Assembly (NCBI GenBank): GCA_965140785.1 | Contig: OZ223519.1 | Coordinates: 335,356 to 399,355 of the forward strand | Length of the DNA: 64,000 bases | Direction of reading: 5' to 3' | Source of the DNA: an uncultured Ruficoccus sp. | Lineage (GTDB): Bacteria > Verrucomicrobiota > Verrucomicrobiia > Opitutales > Cerasicoccaceae | Shown: positions 18,095 through 31,854 of the stretch, piece after piece | How the letters are laid out: every line of letters starts with the position of its first letter | Position numbering within the stretch: the stretch's first letter is position 1 | Made by a program: the position numbers and the translations under genes | Notes under the pieces: model-generated | The model's input: only the letters and a program-made list of their open reading frames with translations | Databases searched by the model: none | Told to the model about the DNA's origin: nothing

Positions 18095-21000
18095 TTGCTA
18101 AAAGAACAAGAAAAGACTGAGGTTCGTTTTGGACCCGCCGCACTGGGGCTGCTCGTTGCCGGGATTATCTTTGCGGTGGGGTGCATTGTCGTCGCCTATG
18201 TGTACTACCAAGCCCGGAGCGCGCAACTGTCAAGTATCCGGGGGGACTTGGAGCGTCTGGCGCGTCTGGCCGCGGCGCAGATCGATGGCGATAAGCACAG
18301 TCAGATTCTATCTCCCCAGCAGCAGGGCAGTTTCATGCACGAGTTGTTGCTGGAGCCGATGATCGATTTTCATAATGCCGCCCCCGATGTGCAGCGCGTG
18401 TACACGATCATCCCCCGCCCGCAGGGTGGGTATAATATCGTCTTGGACACTTCGCAGGAGATGGAGCGGCTCGAGCGCAAGCCCCGGGATCTCAAACGGG
18501 TCGAGATCATGGAGCCGTACTCCGCTAATTTCGATCCCGCCGACCGCGATAGGATTATGTCGCTGGACGATCGGGAGGCCTATTCGACCCGGAAGCCCTA
18601 CACGGACCGTTTCGGTACCTTCATGTCTGGTCTGGCGCCCGTGCATGATTCCGAGGGCAATACCGTGGCGCTCGCCGGGGTAGACCTGCCGGTCGAGATT
18701 TACAACCAGCGCATGGGCGCCGTGAGCGGGGTCGCCGTGGGCGGCATTGTGCTGTCCCTGTTTTTAAGCGCGGCCATCGGTGGCGTCGCGGCCTGGATTC
18801 AGGTGGTTTTAATTAAGGCCGAAGCGGTCAAAAACCAGGCCCGTCGGCATTCCCTTCAGTCACTCGAAGAGCTGGAGTACAATCAGAAGCTGCTCAAGTC
18901 GATCGCCGAGATGAATCGGATCATCATGAGCGAGCCGGACCTTTCCCAGTCCATCAACGAGGCCTTGCGCCTGGTGGGCAAGACTGCCGGTGTTGACCGC
19001 GTCTACCTGATGGAGCATCCCTCCGGCTCTGCGCCCGGGGAGCCGCTGGCCAGCGAGTGCTATGAGTGGGCCCGCACCGGGATGGCCTCCCACATGGAGG
19101 ATCGGGATTTTCAGCGTTTTTCGTATCGGGAGCTCGGGCTGGCCCCTTGGTACGAACGCTTTGTGCAGGGGGGGGTTGTCTTCTGTTCGCAGGAGGATGG
19201 GGACCCTGCCGAAATCGATTTTCTTTCCCGCTTCGGGGTTAACTCCATTTTCTGCTGTCCGATCCTGGTCGACAATACCTGCTGGGGGTATATGGCCTTG
19301 GAGGACTGCCGCCGGGAACGCCTCTGGACCGATGAGCAGCGGGCGATTATTTCCGCCTCGGCCCGCAATCTTGGGGCGGCCATCAATCGCCGCCACGAGG
19401 AAGAGGCCCGCCGGGCCGCCGATGAACGCTTCCGCGCCATCTTCCAGTTATCCCCGATAGGCATGGTCGTTCATAATGCCGAGGGCGGCGTCCAGCAGGC
19501 CAACCGGACCTTTCTGCAAATCCTCGGTTACACCGAGGAGGAAATCAGTACGCGAACCTACCGCGATTTCGTGGCCGAGGATAAACTCGCTGAACTCGAG
19601 CAGGAGCGCGCCCGACTCGAAACCGATGGCCGCTTCGGGCCACTTCAGAGCGAATACCTGCACCGGGACGGGCACCGTATCGCCGTGCTGGAGCAGGGCA
19701 TTATGATCGAGGCGCGCGAAGGCGAGAAGCAGGTTGTATCCATTATCCAGGACATCACTCAGCGCCTCGAACACGAAAAGCAGATGCGCAAGGCCCTGGC
19801 CGATGCCGACGCGGCCAACCGCGCCAAGAGCGAATTCCTCGCCACCATGAGCCACGAAATCCGTACCCCCATGAACGGGGTGGTCGGGATGACCGGCCTG
19901 CTGCTCGAATCCGAGCTGACCGCGCAGCAGCGCGACTACGTCGAGACGATCCAGCTCAGCGGCGAGTCCCTGCTGGCCATCATCAGTGATATTCTCGACT
20001 TTTCCAAGATCGAGGCAGGACGCATGGATTTCGAGCAGGCCCCCTTCAGCGTCCGCGACTGCGTGGAGAGCACGCTGGAACTGCTCGGGCCGAAGGCGGC
20101 GGAAAAGGGCCTGCGCATGGCCTACCGTCTTACCGATGAGATTCCCGAGATCTTCCTCGGCGATGCCACTCGCATCCGCCAGGTGCTCTTCAACCTCGTG
20201 GGCAACGCGGTCAAGTTTACCGAGGAGGGCGAGGTCTCGATCAACATCAACGCCACGCTCAAGGACTCCGGCTATCACGAGGTCATGATCGATGTGCACG
20301 ACACGGGCATTGGTATCTCGCAGGACCAGATGGGCCGGCTCTTCAAATCGTTCAGTCAACTCGATACGTCTTCCACCCGCCGCCACGGCGGGACCGGCCT
20401 GGGCCTGGTCATCAGTCAGAAGCTGCTGGAGCGCATGGGGGGGCGTATCTGGGTGGACAGCATTGTGGAGAAGGGGACGGTGTTCCACGTCGTCATTCCG
20501 CTCAAGTGTACCGAGAGCCAGCCGGTCAAAAAAGTGAACACGGGCGACGAGATCTTCCAGGGGAAGACAGCCATGGTCGTGGAGAGCCACAGCCTGACCC
20601 GCGAGTATTACGCCCGGCAGTTGACGGCGCTCGGGATGAAGGTCGAGTCCTTCGGTTCGGCCCACGAGTGCCTGGCCTGGTCCAAGATGAACGGGGGCGC
20701 TGACGTGGCCTTCATTGCCCAGGACCTGAAAAACTACGACGTATGCCAACTGGCGATCGACCTTGACCGTATTTACGACGGGAACCTGAGCCTGGTCCTG
20801 TTGCGCTCGAGCAATGCCCGCCTGAGCTCGAATTACAACGAGGTGTTCGAGCTGGCGCTCCCGCCGACCTACCGGTTAACGACCCTTTCCAAGTACGTTG
20901 CCGATGCGATGAAGCTGGCCATCCGGCCAACTCTGCCCGCGCGGCAGGAAACGTACTCCGCCGAAAGCCCGGCTTCCGTGACCCAGGACGGCGAGCGTCG

Positions 21001-21403
21001 GCACTTGAGGATCCTCATGGCCGAGGACAATAAAGTGAACCAGAAGGTAACGGGACTGTTGTTGAAAAAAATGGGCTACTCGGCCGACATCGCCAACAAC
21101 GGCCTGGAAGTGCTCGATGCCATGCACGAGGGCGACTATGACGTGATCCTGATGGACATGCACATGCCCGAGATGGACGGTCTGGAGGCCACCCGGAACA
21201 TTCGCGACAATTTCCCGCGTGAACGCCAGCCTTACATCATCGCACTCACTGCCAGCGCTTTTCAGGACTTCAAGCAGGAGTGTCACGACGCCGGGGTCAA
21301 CGCCTTCCTGACCAAGCCCCTGCGGACGGAAGAACTGAGAAAATACCTCAACCGCCTCAATGACGGCCAAGTAGGCGAGCGCACGACCGGGCACTTCGAT
21401 TAA
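18095..21403 (+). CDS. hybrid sensor histidine kinase (2 TM, GAF, PAS, HisKA, HATPase, degenerate REC, REC)
   Basis: [42 protein letters not shown]. Confidence 0.93.
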   Translation: MLKEQEKTEVRFGPAALGLLVAGIIFAVGCIVVAYVYYQARSAQLSSIRGDLERLARLAAAQIDGDKHSQILSPQQQGSFMHELLLEPMIDFHNAAPDVQRVYTIIPRPQGGYNIVLDTSQEMERLERKPRDLKRVEIMEPYSANFDPADRDRIMSLDDREAYSTRKPYTDRFGTFMSGLAPVHDSEGNTVALAGVDLPVEIYNQRMGAVSGVAVGGIVLSLFLSAAIGGVAAWIQVVLIKAEAVKNQARRHSLQSLEELEYNQKLLKSIAEMNRIIMSEPDLSQSINEALRLVGKTAGVDRVYLMEHPSGSAPGEPLASECYEWARTGMASHMEDRDFQRFSYRELGLAPWYERFVQGGVVFCSQEDGDPAEIDFLSRFGVNSIFCCPILVDNTCWGYMALEDCRRERLWTDEQRAIISASARNLGAAINRRHEEEARRAADERFRAIFQLSPIGMVVHNAEGGVQQANRTFLQILGYTEEEISTRTYRDFVAEDKLAELEQERARLETDGRFGPLQSEYLHRDGHRIAVLEQGIMIEAREGEKQVVSIIQDITQRLEHEKQMRKALADADAANRAKSEFLATMSHEIRTPMNGVVGMTGLLLESELTAQQRDYVETIQLSGESLLAIISDILDFSKIEAGRMDFEQAPFSVRDCVESTLELLGPKAAEKGLRMAYRLTDEIPEIFLGDATRIRQVLFNLVGNAVKFTEEGEVSININATLKDSGYHEVMIDVHDTGIGISQDQMGRLFKSFSQLDTSSTRRHGGTGLGLVISQKLLERMGGRIWVDSIVEKGTVFHVVIPLKCTESQPVKKVNTGDEIFQGKTAMVVESHSLTREYYARQLTALGMKVESFGSAHECLAWSKMNGGADVAFIAQDLKNYDVCQLAIDLDRIYDGNLSLVLLRSSNARLSSNYNEVFELALPPTYRLTTLSKYVADAMKLAIRPTLPARQETYSAESPASVTQDGERRHLRILMAEDNKVNQKVTGLLLKKMGYSADIANNGLEVLDAMHEGDYDVILMDMHMPEMDGLEATRNIRDNFPRERQPYIIALTASAFQDFKQECHDAGVNAFLTKPLRTEELRKYLNRLNDGQVGERTTGHFD

Positions 21404-21486
21404 TCGGCCCTCACTCCGGTTTTGTTTTTCGGGGCTTTTTTCGTGCTTCGGTGTTGTCGGGCGAGTCGAAGTGTACCAGCCAGGCG

Positions 21487-21900
21487 TTACAAGTTTTTTT
21501 CCGAGCGTAGCGGGCAGAGCTCCTTTACACAGCGGCCGAAGATGATCACCTCTTCGCCCTCGAAGGTGAACTCGGGCGGCTGGGCAACCTTGTCCATCAC
21601 CTCCGGGGTTTCTCCCGGCAGGACAAAGACCTGGTTGCACTCCCGGCAGATGAAGTGCGGGTGGTGCCCCCCGTCGGGGTTGGGCAACTCGTAGCGGACG
21701 GGCTGGCCGGGGAAGTTGACCCGGATCAGCAGGTGTTCCTTGATCATCTCGGCCAGGTTGCGGAAGACCGTGCGCTGTCCGATGCCGGGGCAATCCCGGC
21801 GGGCGGAGGTCAGGATGTCGTCCAGGCTCAGCGGTCGTTTCGCCTCATCCAGGGCGTGGATAATGGCGTCGCGCTGTTTGGTCTTTCGTTTCCCGTGCAT
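21487..21900 (-). CDS. Fur family transcriptional regulator
   Basis: TKQRDAI, TVFRNL, HHPHFICRECN, GRC. Confidence 0.9.
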   Translation of the reverse strand: MHGKRKTKQRDAIIHALDEAKRPLSLDDILTSARRDCPGIGQRTVFRNLAEMIKEHLLIRVNFPGQPVRYELPNPDGGHHPHFICRECNQVFVLPGETPEVMDKVAQPPEFTFEGEEVIIFGRCVKELCPLRSEKNL

Positions 21901-22009
21901 GTTTTGGCTGTGTGTGATGGCGTTATGAGCTACCTTAGGAAAATAAACCGGCATGCAAAGTTCATTTTCTTATTGACACTTGTATGCCAAGAAAGTGATT
22001 TCATGCGTC

Positions 22010-23053
22010 ATGCTACGCAAAAGTTTCATCACAACGCTGGCTGCGGCGTCTTTGCTGACGGCGGGAGCGCAGGCGGCGATAGTTCCCAGTGCAGGCTATT
22101 CCGTTTCAACCGTGCTGACGGGGCGTTCTTACGGAGCTTTCGACGCTTACACCGACACCGGGGACGGTCAAAATTACGTCTACGGATGGACGGGCGGAGA
22201 ACTCAAACAGTACTCGCTGGCATCGGGCTCGCAAACGGGCTCGCTGGGAGCGCCCTCGCCGGCATACTCAAGTTCAACGAGCTTGTCCTGCTCCTTTGTC
22301 AGCTACCGGCCGGATGGTTCGGCCTGGGTCGGCTTTACCGATTGGCAAAATTCCGCCTTGGACGGAATTTACAAGGTCAGCTCAAGCGGCGTATGGGAGT
22401 CGGTCAATAGCATGTCCAATAACTTCAGCATCGCTTTCTACGGCACGGAAGCTTTTGTCATGGCTGGCAACACCGTGTACCTGGTGAACGGCACGACGGG
22501 GGAGTCCACCGCCTTTGCCCAGGTTGGGTCGTCCTCCAATCAGATCGCTTTCAGTGGCGGGGGCTTGCTGGTGGGGACATATGGCCTTCCCGGCGATAAT
22601 TATCTTCTCGAATACAGCAATGGCCAGGTCGATGCCTTCCTGGCCGCGGTGGGTGCCGGTGATGACTGGGATGTACTGATGCTTGGCGATGCCTCAGATA
22701 CGCTGGCCACTTACAGTGTGAGCGAAAACCCGACTTACGGAACCTATCAAGGGGGCGTCAGTGGCGTGGCGGTTGACGAGGAAGGTAACATTTTCTACGC
22801 GGGTAACGATTACACCTCCGGCACCACACTGGTGGATGAGGTGGGCGGCGACAACGTTGGCACGGGGCTGTACTCGTCCATCATCTATCTGGACGAACTG
22901 GATGGAAAGCTTTACTACGCCCTGTACGGACAAGACGGGATTTCCTATCTAGAAGCTGTCCCCGAACCCAGTGTCTATGCCGTGTTCGGCGGTATGATGA
23001 CTCTTTTGTTCACCCTTTACTATCGCCGCCGGAAAACTAGGTTGAGGGAATAA
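22010..23053 (+). CDS. PEP-CTERM surface protein (beta-propeller-like)
   Basis: Signal peptide ..AQA; C-terminal VPEPS, TM helix, RRRK. Confidence 0.88.
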   Translation: MLRKSFITTLAAASLLTAGAQAAIVPSAGYSVSTVLTGRSYGAFDAYTDTGDGQNYVYGWTGGELKQYSLASGSQTGSLGAPSPAYSSSTSLSCSFVSYRPDGSAWVGFTDWQNSALDGIYKVSSSGVWESVNSMSNNFSIAFYGTEAFVMAGNTVYLVNGTTGESTAFAQVGSSSNQIAFSGGGLLVGTYGLPGDNYLLEYSNGQVDAFLAAVGAGDDWDVLMLGDASDTLATYSVSENPTYGTYQGGVSGVAVDEEGNIFYAGNDYTSGTTLVDEVGGDNVGTGLYSSIIYLDELDGKLYYALYGQDGISYLEAVPEPSVYAVFGGMMTLLFTLYYRRRKTRLRE

Positions 23054-23064
23054 GACCTAATAAA

Positions 23065-24477
23065 ATGGTGGTTTGGAATAAAATACAAACGCTGGTCCTG
23101 ATGGGATCGGCGCTGATGTCCCCGCTAGTCTATAGCGGGGACTATTCGCTTGGAAAGTACGACTCCGGGAACGCCTGGGACGCGCCGGTGCCGGGCTTTG
23201 TCGGCCCGGATGGCGATGGGTTTATGCCTGTGATCGATGAATGGGGCGAGGTCATTGGAGAGAACCCCAATGTCGTCAACCCCGTCTTCATCGGTTGGGG
23301 CTACCGGTATGACGAAAACGGTATCGAATATCCGGGGACGGCCTACGAACCTATCTGGGACAGCCTTTTCCTTCCGTTTCCTGTCACCGGTGACGATCAC
23401 TATCCCTGGGGGCACGATTACATGGCGGAGGGCCCGCTGCTGCCGTACATCAATGACGTCTGCTCGATGGGCGGCTATGCCCCGGAGGACGATGTCTCGG
23501 CCATCGAGCCGGGGTATATGACCCTTTACTTCCGCAAACCCGTGCGCGACGTGCCGGGAGCTGACTTTGTCGTCTATGAGAACGGTATTTTCGTCCAGAG
23601 TCCATTGGGGGAAGATGGTGGCGAACCGGGGGAGGGCGTCGGCGGTGTCTTCGCCGAACTGGCCTATATCGAGGTCTCCTCCGATGGCGTGCATTTCGCA
23701 CGCTTCCCCTCGGTCTCGCTGACCGAAACCGGCTATGGACCCAATGGCTCGCTCGATCCCACCAACGTGTACAACCTGGCTGGTAAGCACGTGAACAACG
23801 AACGCGAGTGCTGGGGGACGCCTTTTGACCTGTCGAGCTTGCGCGAGGAAGACTTGGTCAGCGTGGATGGCGACGGGATCATACATCGCGTGGATATCAA
23901 CAACATCCGCTACGTGAAAGTCGTGGACATCCCTGGCAACGGCTCGCGCCTCGATTCGTTGGGCAATCCGATTTACGACCCCTTTCCGACGGGGATATAT
24001 GAATCCGGCGGCTTTGACCTCGACGCCATTGCCGTCGTCGGTCAGGACCGCGGTTTCTCGGACTGGGACGCCGGACGCAATCTCGCCCTCATGGACGACG
24101 ATGACGGCGATGGTGTTCCGAATCTGCTCGAATACGCCTTCGACATGAATCCCACGGTCAAGGACGGAGCTAAGCTTCCCCGCATGGAAGTTGTGGACGG
24201 GCGGGCGCAGGTACGCTTTCGCCGCGATGTGCGTAACAGCGACATCACTTATATTTTGGAGGCTACCGACAGCCTGACCACCCCGGACTGGCACGAAGTT
24301 GCCCGGGCTGAGGCTTTCTCCGACCCCGTCGTTTCCGAGCCCGAACTGGAGGCCGAAACGTCTACTGTATCTCGTCACACACAGGCTAATCTCGATGTCT
24401 GGCAGGAGGTCTGCTTCACCGACTTGGCCCTGAACGCGACCCGCTTCTACCGCCTGCGGGTCGATACCGTGAATTGA
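23065..24477 (+). CDS. secreted acidic cell-surface protein
   Basis: Signal peptide; DFVVYEN..ELAYIEVSSDG..GFDLDA domain; DDDGDGVPNLLEYAF and FYRL C-terminus. Confidence 0.75.
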   Translation: MVVWNKIQTLVLMGSALMSPLVYSGDYSLGKYDSGNAWDAPVPGFVGPDGDGFMPVIDEWGEVIGENPNVVNPVFIGWGYRYDENGIEYPGTAYEPIWDSLFLPFPVTGDDHYPWGHDYMAEGPLLPYINDVCSMGGYAPEDDVSAIEPGYMTLYFRKPVRDVPGADFVVYENGIFVQSPLGEDGGEPGEGVGGVFAELAYIEVSSDGVHFARFPSVSLTETGYGPNGSLDPTNVYNLAGKHVNNERECWGTPFDLSSLREEDLVSVDGDGIIHRVDINNIRYVKVVDIPGNGSRLDSLGNPIYDPFPTGIYESGGFDLDAIAVVGQDRGFSDWDAGRNLALMDDDDGDGVPNLLEYAFDMNPTVKDGAKLPRMEVVDGRAQVRFRRDVRNSDITYILEATDSLTTPDWHEVARAEAFSDPVVSEPELEAETSTVSRHTQANLDVWQEVCFTDLALNATRFYRLRVDTVN

Positions 24478-24480
24478 CGA

Positions 24481-25362
24481 ATGAACCGGAAAAAATATCC
24501 CTGCTCACAGAAGGCCTTCACCTTGGTTGAGTTGCTGGGGGCTATGGCTGTTCTGGCCGTCCTCGGCACACTGATTGTCAACGTCGTGGGCAATGTCCGC
24601 CAGCAGGCCATGACCTCGAAGTCCATGTCGCAGATCCGCGAACTGGTCACGGCCAACTACGCCTGCGCGGCGGACACCGGGCGCTTTGCCAAAGCCGAGA
24701 ACAAGGCCGACACCATCCACTGGCACGGCAGGCGGCTCAGTGCCAATCATTGGGTTGGTTACGGCGGTTACCTCACCCCTTATCTGGGGCAAGACCGGCA
24801 GGTGCGTGTCTGCCCGGTCTTCGACCAGTTGCTGGACGAACAGGAGGGCGGGCAATTCGATAAGGGAACAGGCGGTTATGGCTACAACGCTATTTATCTG
24901 GGCAACGAACCCGTTACTCCGAGTGCGGGCAGTTCCTCCGGCGGAGCTTCGAGTGCTCCTCCCAGGCCGGGGGGCCCCCGTCCCACGGGTCCTGCAACGC
25001 GGGTCGAGACCGTGGCCAACCGGCCCAACGCATTAATAGATCCGGCCAACACCGTGATGTTCACCTCCGCTGCTCTGGTCAAGGAGGGCGGGGTGGTGGA
25101 GACCTACCTTTCTGCCCCCTACCATGCGCTTTCCGGGGGCGAGTTGGGACAGGGGCTGACCCCGACCGTGCACTTCCGTTTCAACGGCAAGGCGCTCGTC
25201 GCCTGGTGCGACGGTCACGTCACTCTGGAGGAGCCCAATGATGCCGACACCAGTCACAACGCCTACGGCGACGACAACGGCAAGTACACCGTCGGCTGGT
25301 TTGGCCCTACGGACAACAACGGCTACTGGAACCCCCACTACAAGCTCGGTCAGGCTTACTAG
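24481..25362 (+). CDS. prepilin-type N-terminal cleavage / H-X9-DG domain protein
   Basis: AFTLVELL N-methylation site; HFRFNGKALVAWCDGH. Confidence 0.88.
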   Translation: MNRKKYPCSQKAFTLVELLGAMAVLAVLGTLIVNVVGNVRQQAMTSKSMSQIRELVTANYACAADTGRFAKAENKADTIHWHGRRLSANHWVGYGGYLTPYLGQDRQVRVCPVFDQLLDEQEGGQFDKGTGGYGYNAIYLGNEPVTPSAGSSSGGASSAPPRPGGPRPTGPATRVETVANRPNALIDPANTVMFTSAALVKEGGVVETYLSAPYHALSGGELGQGLTPTVHFRFNGKALVAWCDGHVTLEEPNDADTSHNAYGDDNGKYTVGWFGPTDNNGYWNPHYKLGQAY

Positions 25363-25372
25363 GGCGGGTGCT

Positions 25373-26617
25373 CTAGTCGGAGCGTTTTCCCCGGCGGTGA
25401 CGTACCCACAGAAACAGCCCGCTCAGGAGGGCGAAGCCCAGAGCGTAATGTGAGGGCTCCGGGACGGCGGTGAAGCCGACGATGGACTTGCCGGTGCCGT
25501 CGTCCAGCAGGAACGTAATCTCGTAGTCCAGAAAGGGGTTGAGGCCCAGATTCGTTTCGAAGCTGCCGCTGTCCGAGACGATGGTATACAGCAGGGACAG
25601 CAGGTCCTGCTCATTATCGATCGAGGAGGCGTCATAGCTGTACACAAAGGTGGGGGTGCCTTCCGGGTTGGTGCCCGTATAGACGACCGCTTCGCCGTTG
25701 GGCACGGTGCCCGGCGGCACGCTCTCGCTCCCGACGCCCTGGATGTCCACAAAGGGCGCACCCGTATCGAACAAGACGGAGATGGTGCTATCGCCGCCGC
25801 TGTCGGTGATGGCGGTTCCGTCCACCGTGCCGGTCATGTCCACCTGATACTGCGCCCGGGGCATGATCCCGTCGGCATTCGGGAGGGCGGACAATTCCTC
25901 GCCGGACTCGGCGACCTGCGCCTCGAACGCCAGCTTGAAGTCTATGGCGTCGATTTTGGCCTGGGTGATCCCGAGCGTCAGGACACCCTCGTTCGTGTTT
26001 TTATCGATGCGGATGGATATCCCCGGTTGCGCCCCGGCCAGGTCCACCTGGGCCAGCAGGCTGAACAGGTTAAAGGCGTTGGCGTCGCCGGTGTTGAAAA
26101 ACTTCTGGTTAAATCCCGCTCCGAGGATGCCGGCGTATTGTTTTTCGTAGGCGGCACTGGCGCCGGGGGTAAAGTCCCAGCCGCCGATGCTGCCGGTATG
26201 CTCGTAGGCTCGTGTGAAGGCGGCGTCATTAACGGTCACGACGGAGCTGCCCGTCTTGGCGTTATAAAAGGAGATGCCGCCTTGCGCGGCGTACACCGAC
26301 ACGCTGTCATCATGGCTGCTGCCGTAGTCGATGACCGCGGATTTATTCGTGTCGTAGGTCGAGTCTCCCAGGGACATGTTGGCGCCCGCGACGAGCGCCA
26401 CGCTGCCGGTGTCCAGCATGTACCGCTGCGGGACCGCTCCGCTTCCCTCGAAGAGCAGATCGATGCCGATCCGGTATTCGTAATAGCCTCCGGAGTCGCG
26501 GGCGGCGCCCGGCTGGAGATAGATGGGTATCTCGTAGGGAGCCTGCCCCTGGAGCGTCAGGGGAATGGCAACCAGGCCGATAATGCACAAAGCGGAAGAC
26601 AATAAGACAGAGCGCAT
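25373..26617 (-). CDS. PEP-CTERM protein with pepsin-like aspartic protease domain
   Basis: MLDTGS and LFDTGA, flap YG, GILG and NLG motifs; C-terminal VPEPS-TM-RRGK. Confidence 0.75.
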   Translation of the reverse strand: MRSVLLSSALCIIGLVAIPLTLQGQAPYEIPIYLQPGAARDSGGYYEYRIGIDLLFEGSGAVPQRYMLDTGSVALVAGANMSLGDSTYDTNKSAVIDYGSSHDDSVSVYAAQGGISFYNAKTGSSVVTVNDAAFTRAYEHTGSIGGWDFTPGASAAYEKQYAGILGAGFNQKFFNTGDANAFNLFSLLAQVDLAGAQPGISIRIDKNTNEGVLTLGITQAKIDAIDFKLAFEAQVAESGEELSALPNADGIMPRAQYQVDMTGTVDGTAITDSGGDSTISVLFDTGAPFVDIQGVGSESVPPGTVPNGEAVVYTGTNPEGTPTFVYSYDASSIDNEQDLLSLLYTIVSDSGSFETNLGLNPFLDYEITFLLDDGTGKSIVGFTAVPEPSHYALGFALLSGLFLWVRHRRGKRSD

Positions 26618-26878
26618 GATGGTAGATCAGGTTGGCAGAGAATGATTAGGGGCAAGGGTGAGAGAGATTGCCCCCGGTGTGGATTGACGAAGATCATGCT
26701 AGTGTAAAATAATACGGATTGTCGATCCTATTTGGCGCGTCCGTTTGGCTTCGACGTGTCATCACAGACTGCTTTAACTGCACCAATCACGTCGTTTTCG
26801 CCGTAATTTCCGGGTCCGGGGGCGGGCGTTGCATGTTTTGGCTTGCCCCGGCAGGCCCCGGGGCGTTTTCCCTTAAAA

Positions 26879-27910
26879 ATGGCTGAACAAACCGCCGACC
26901 GACCCATTGTCCTCACCTGCGCCCAACCCACCGGGAAACTCCATCTCGGCAATTACCTTGGCGCGGTCAAAAACTGGGTGAGCTTCCTCGACGGCTACGA
27001 GTGCTATTTCGGGATCGTGGACATGCACGCTATCACCGTGCCCTATGTGCCGGCTGACCTGCGTAAGAACACGCTCAACTGCGCCGCCGAGTACATCGCC
27101 TGCGGGCTCGACCCGGCGCGTTGCCATCTCTTTTTACAGTCGCATGTGACTGGCCACACGGAGCTGACCTGGGTGCTCGGCTGCCTCACGCCGCTGGGCC
27201 GGCTGGAGCGCATGACGCAGTTTAAGGACAAGTCCCGCAAGCAGGAAGAGTCCGGCAGCGCGGGCTTCATCGGCAGCGGTCTGCTCTACTACCCGGTGTT
27301 GATGGCCGCCGACATTCTCCTCTACAACGCCGACCGTGTCCCGGTGGGCGAGGACCAGAAGCAGCACCTGGAGATTACCCGCGACATCGCCCAGAAGTTC
27401 AACGAAACCTACTCGCCGACGTTCAAGGTGCCCGAGATCGACACCCCCAAGACCGGGGCGCGCATCATGTCGCTCCAGTCGCCCGAGACGAAGATGTCCA
27501 AGTCCGACACCAACCAGAACGGCACGCTCTACCTCATGGACGAGCCGAAGGTGATCCGCAAAAAAATCGGCAGTGCCGTGACCGACTCCGGCAGTGAGAT
27601 TCGCGCCGCCGCCGACAAGCCCGGCATCACCAACCTGCTCAACATTTTCTCCGCCGCCACCGGCAAGCCCGTCGAAACGCTCGAAACGGAGTTCGCGGGC
27701 AAGACCTACGCCGAGTTCAAGGGCGCGGTGGCCGAGGCCGTCGTCGAGATGCTTACACCCGTGCGCGAGCGCTACGAGGCCATCCGCGACGACAAGGACT
27801 ACCTCTTGTCCGCCCTCAAGGACGGCAGCGCCGCCGCCCAGAAACGCGCCTACAAGACCCTCTCCAAGGTCTGGCGCAAGGCTGGCTTCGTCGAAGTCCC
27901 ACGGGGGTAG
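26879..27910 (+). CDS. trpS: tryptophanyl-tRNA synthetase
   Basis: HLGN, GEDQKQH, KMSKS. Confidence 0.97.
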   Translation: MAEQTADRPIVLTCAQPTGKLHLGNYLGAVKNWVSFLDGYECYFGIVDMHAITVPYVPADLRKNTLNCAAEYIACGLDPARCHLFLQSHVTGHTELTWVLGCLTPLGRLERMTQFKDKSRKQEESGSAGFIGSGLLYYPVLMAADILLYNADRVPVGEDQKQHLEITRDIAQKFNETYSPTFKVPEIDTPKTGARIMSLQSPETKMSKSDTNQNGTLYLMDEPKVIRKKIGSAVTDSGSEIRAAADKPGITNLLNIFSAATGKPVETLETEFAGKTYAEFKGAVAEAVVEMLTPVRERYEAIRDDKDYLLSALKDGSAAAQKRAYKTLSKVWRKAGFVEVPRG

Positions 27911-28067
27911 CCCCGGGGCCGTGGCCCTTCGGATTACCGCGTAGCTCCACAGGGAGAAAGTACAGGCGTGGTGCTTGTCCAGCCGGACCAGTACACCGAA
28001 CCCCGGCAGGGAAGATCGGGTCTTGTCAGCGGGCGGTTCTTATGCAACGTTAGGCCAGCTTTATCAG

Positions 28068-29455
28068 ATGGAGGACCCAAACAATTTCCGGCTTCAAAAG
28101 ATCAGCATGATCGCCGCCGACGTCCTTCTCGTCGTGTTGGGCGTGATTTACGCCTTCAGCGGCGAAGGCCCCATGGCCCCGATGCAGTTTTTCTGGGTGG
28201 TGGTCAGTGTCAGTCTCGGCGGCGTTCTCGCGTTCATTCCGTTTTTCCTGGAGTTTAAAATCCGGGCTAACCTGGCCGAGTACGACCGAAGTCAGGCCAA
28301 CCTCGAAAACGCCGAGCGCATCGAGCGCGTGCTGGCCGAGATCCACGAGATCGCCGCCGTGGTCGCCCGTCAGGCCGATCGCTCCGAGGAGGCGATGACG
28401 AAGACCGCCGAGACCGTCGAGCGGTTGGAAAAGCATCAGCCCGGCCCAGGCGGCGAGGAGACCAAAGCCCTGACCGAGTCGGTCGAGTCACTGCGCAAGG
28501 ACGTAGCCCAGGCCCTGGAGAGCGTGGCCTCCGCCGAGGACACCGCCGCGCTCATTGGCGGGGTGGAAGTTACCCTCGTCAGCTTGAGCGGCCAACTGGA
28601 GCAGGTGCAGTACCAACTGACCAAAGACGCCGCCTCACGGACCGGCGGGACTCCAACTGCCGATCAGCCCCCCGCTCCGGAGACAGAAGGAGACGAAGCC
28701 GTCGAGCCTTCCACTCTGGAGGAAGGAGCGGACGCAGCCGATGCCATGCTTAAGCCTGGCGACACACTTCCGGCGAACATCGCCGATGACGAGTCCGTCA
28801 CGCCAGACGCAGACGCGGTCCCCGCCGAAGACGGCTCGCACGGGCGAGCCGGAAACGGCCGAGGAAGAGCCTCGAAGGGGCCGAGGACGTGCCGGAGGAT
28901 TTAGAGGTCAAAGACGAGGCCTTACGAGGCCGAAATTTCCCAGTTCAACGCCGGCCTGGAAGCTGCCGCGGACGAGCTTGCCGCCGAGGAGGGGGACCGT
29001 CTTTACCGATGCCCGTCCCGCGAGTGCGTCGGCGGTGTGTGAGCCCGGCTTCGACCGATGAGGTCGAGGCCTCGCTGGAACTTCGCAAGGATTCAGAAGC
29101 CCCGGCAGAGGAGGGCGAGCCTGAGGAGGAAGCGCCCTTGCAACCGAATCTAATGGACGACCTGCCGCCGCCTCGCCAGAAGCCCCGCAAGAGTCCCAAG
29201 GGCGCCACCGTCCTGGTGGCTCAGGTCTTGATCGGCATCGGCAACAAGCCGTACGTGCGCGGGACTGGCCCCGGCCTCTCCTCCACCAAGGGCGTCCCCA
29301 TGGAATTTCTCGAAATCGGCAAGTGGCAATGGACCGCGCCCGAAAGCGACGAGCCCATCAGCTGCCAGATTTACAAGAACGACGAGGTCCCGGCTAGCGG
29401 CGACATGATTGAGCTGGAGCCCGGTCAGCGCCGGACGGTTTCCCCCAGTTTCTAG
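28068..29455 (+). CDS. membrane protein (2 TM, coiled coil, acidic linker, conserved-looking C-terminal domain); frame-broken around 28840-29040
   Basis: ORFs 28068-28904 and -29455 appear to join through an acidic linker; C-terminal IGIGNKPYVRG..W.W domain. Confidence 0.6.
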
Positions 29456-29789
29456 GGACTGGGGCAGCTAGGCCCGATTGGCAGGCTGCTTTCGAAGTCG
29501 CCTCGTTCTGATATTGTCAGCATATGAGTCACGGAGGGGCCATGGGTCTCATATGGGTTTTTGTGATTGAATAACCTTTGCTGCTGAGAACTGGAATCAT
29601 TAGGGACGCTTTTGCTATTGTCCTATTCGCGATCCTTGATTAGTGTAATCAATAGATGTAATAAGACGCGTGCGTAATTAGCAAATCGGGGCGCGTTTGT
29701 AGATCAGTGGGTAAATTAGTGTTGCTATCCATATTAGTTTTTATGGATTAGTTTTTTTAATTTCAGAACACACAGCAACGAACTTAATC

Positions 29790-31608
<1,819 letters not shown>

Positions 31609-31632
31609 GATTTCGCGATCTTAACCCCCACG

Positions 31633-31666
31633 AAACGCCCGGCCTTCGCGCCGGGCGTTTTTTTTT
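31633..31666 (+). terminator. rho-independent terminator after pckG
   Basis: AAACGCCCGGC..GCCGGGCGTTT followed by a T-run. Confidence 0.85.
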
Positions 31667-31854
31667 GCCGGGCATGGTCGGCACTCTGGATGCTGCGCAT
31701 CCGGATGCCATTTTCTGGAGAAATGCCATGAGCTCGAATTACATCCTTTGGGTCGGGATGGCGTTTGTCCGACTTGCGCGGATCCTCAGCCTATGGCCAT
31801 GCCTTTACTCCAATGGAGAGGCATCACGATCCGAAGGATGGAGGGCACTGCCCG

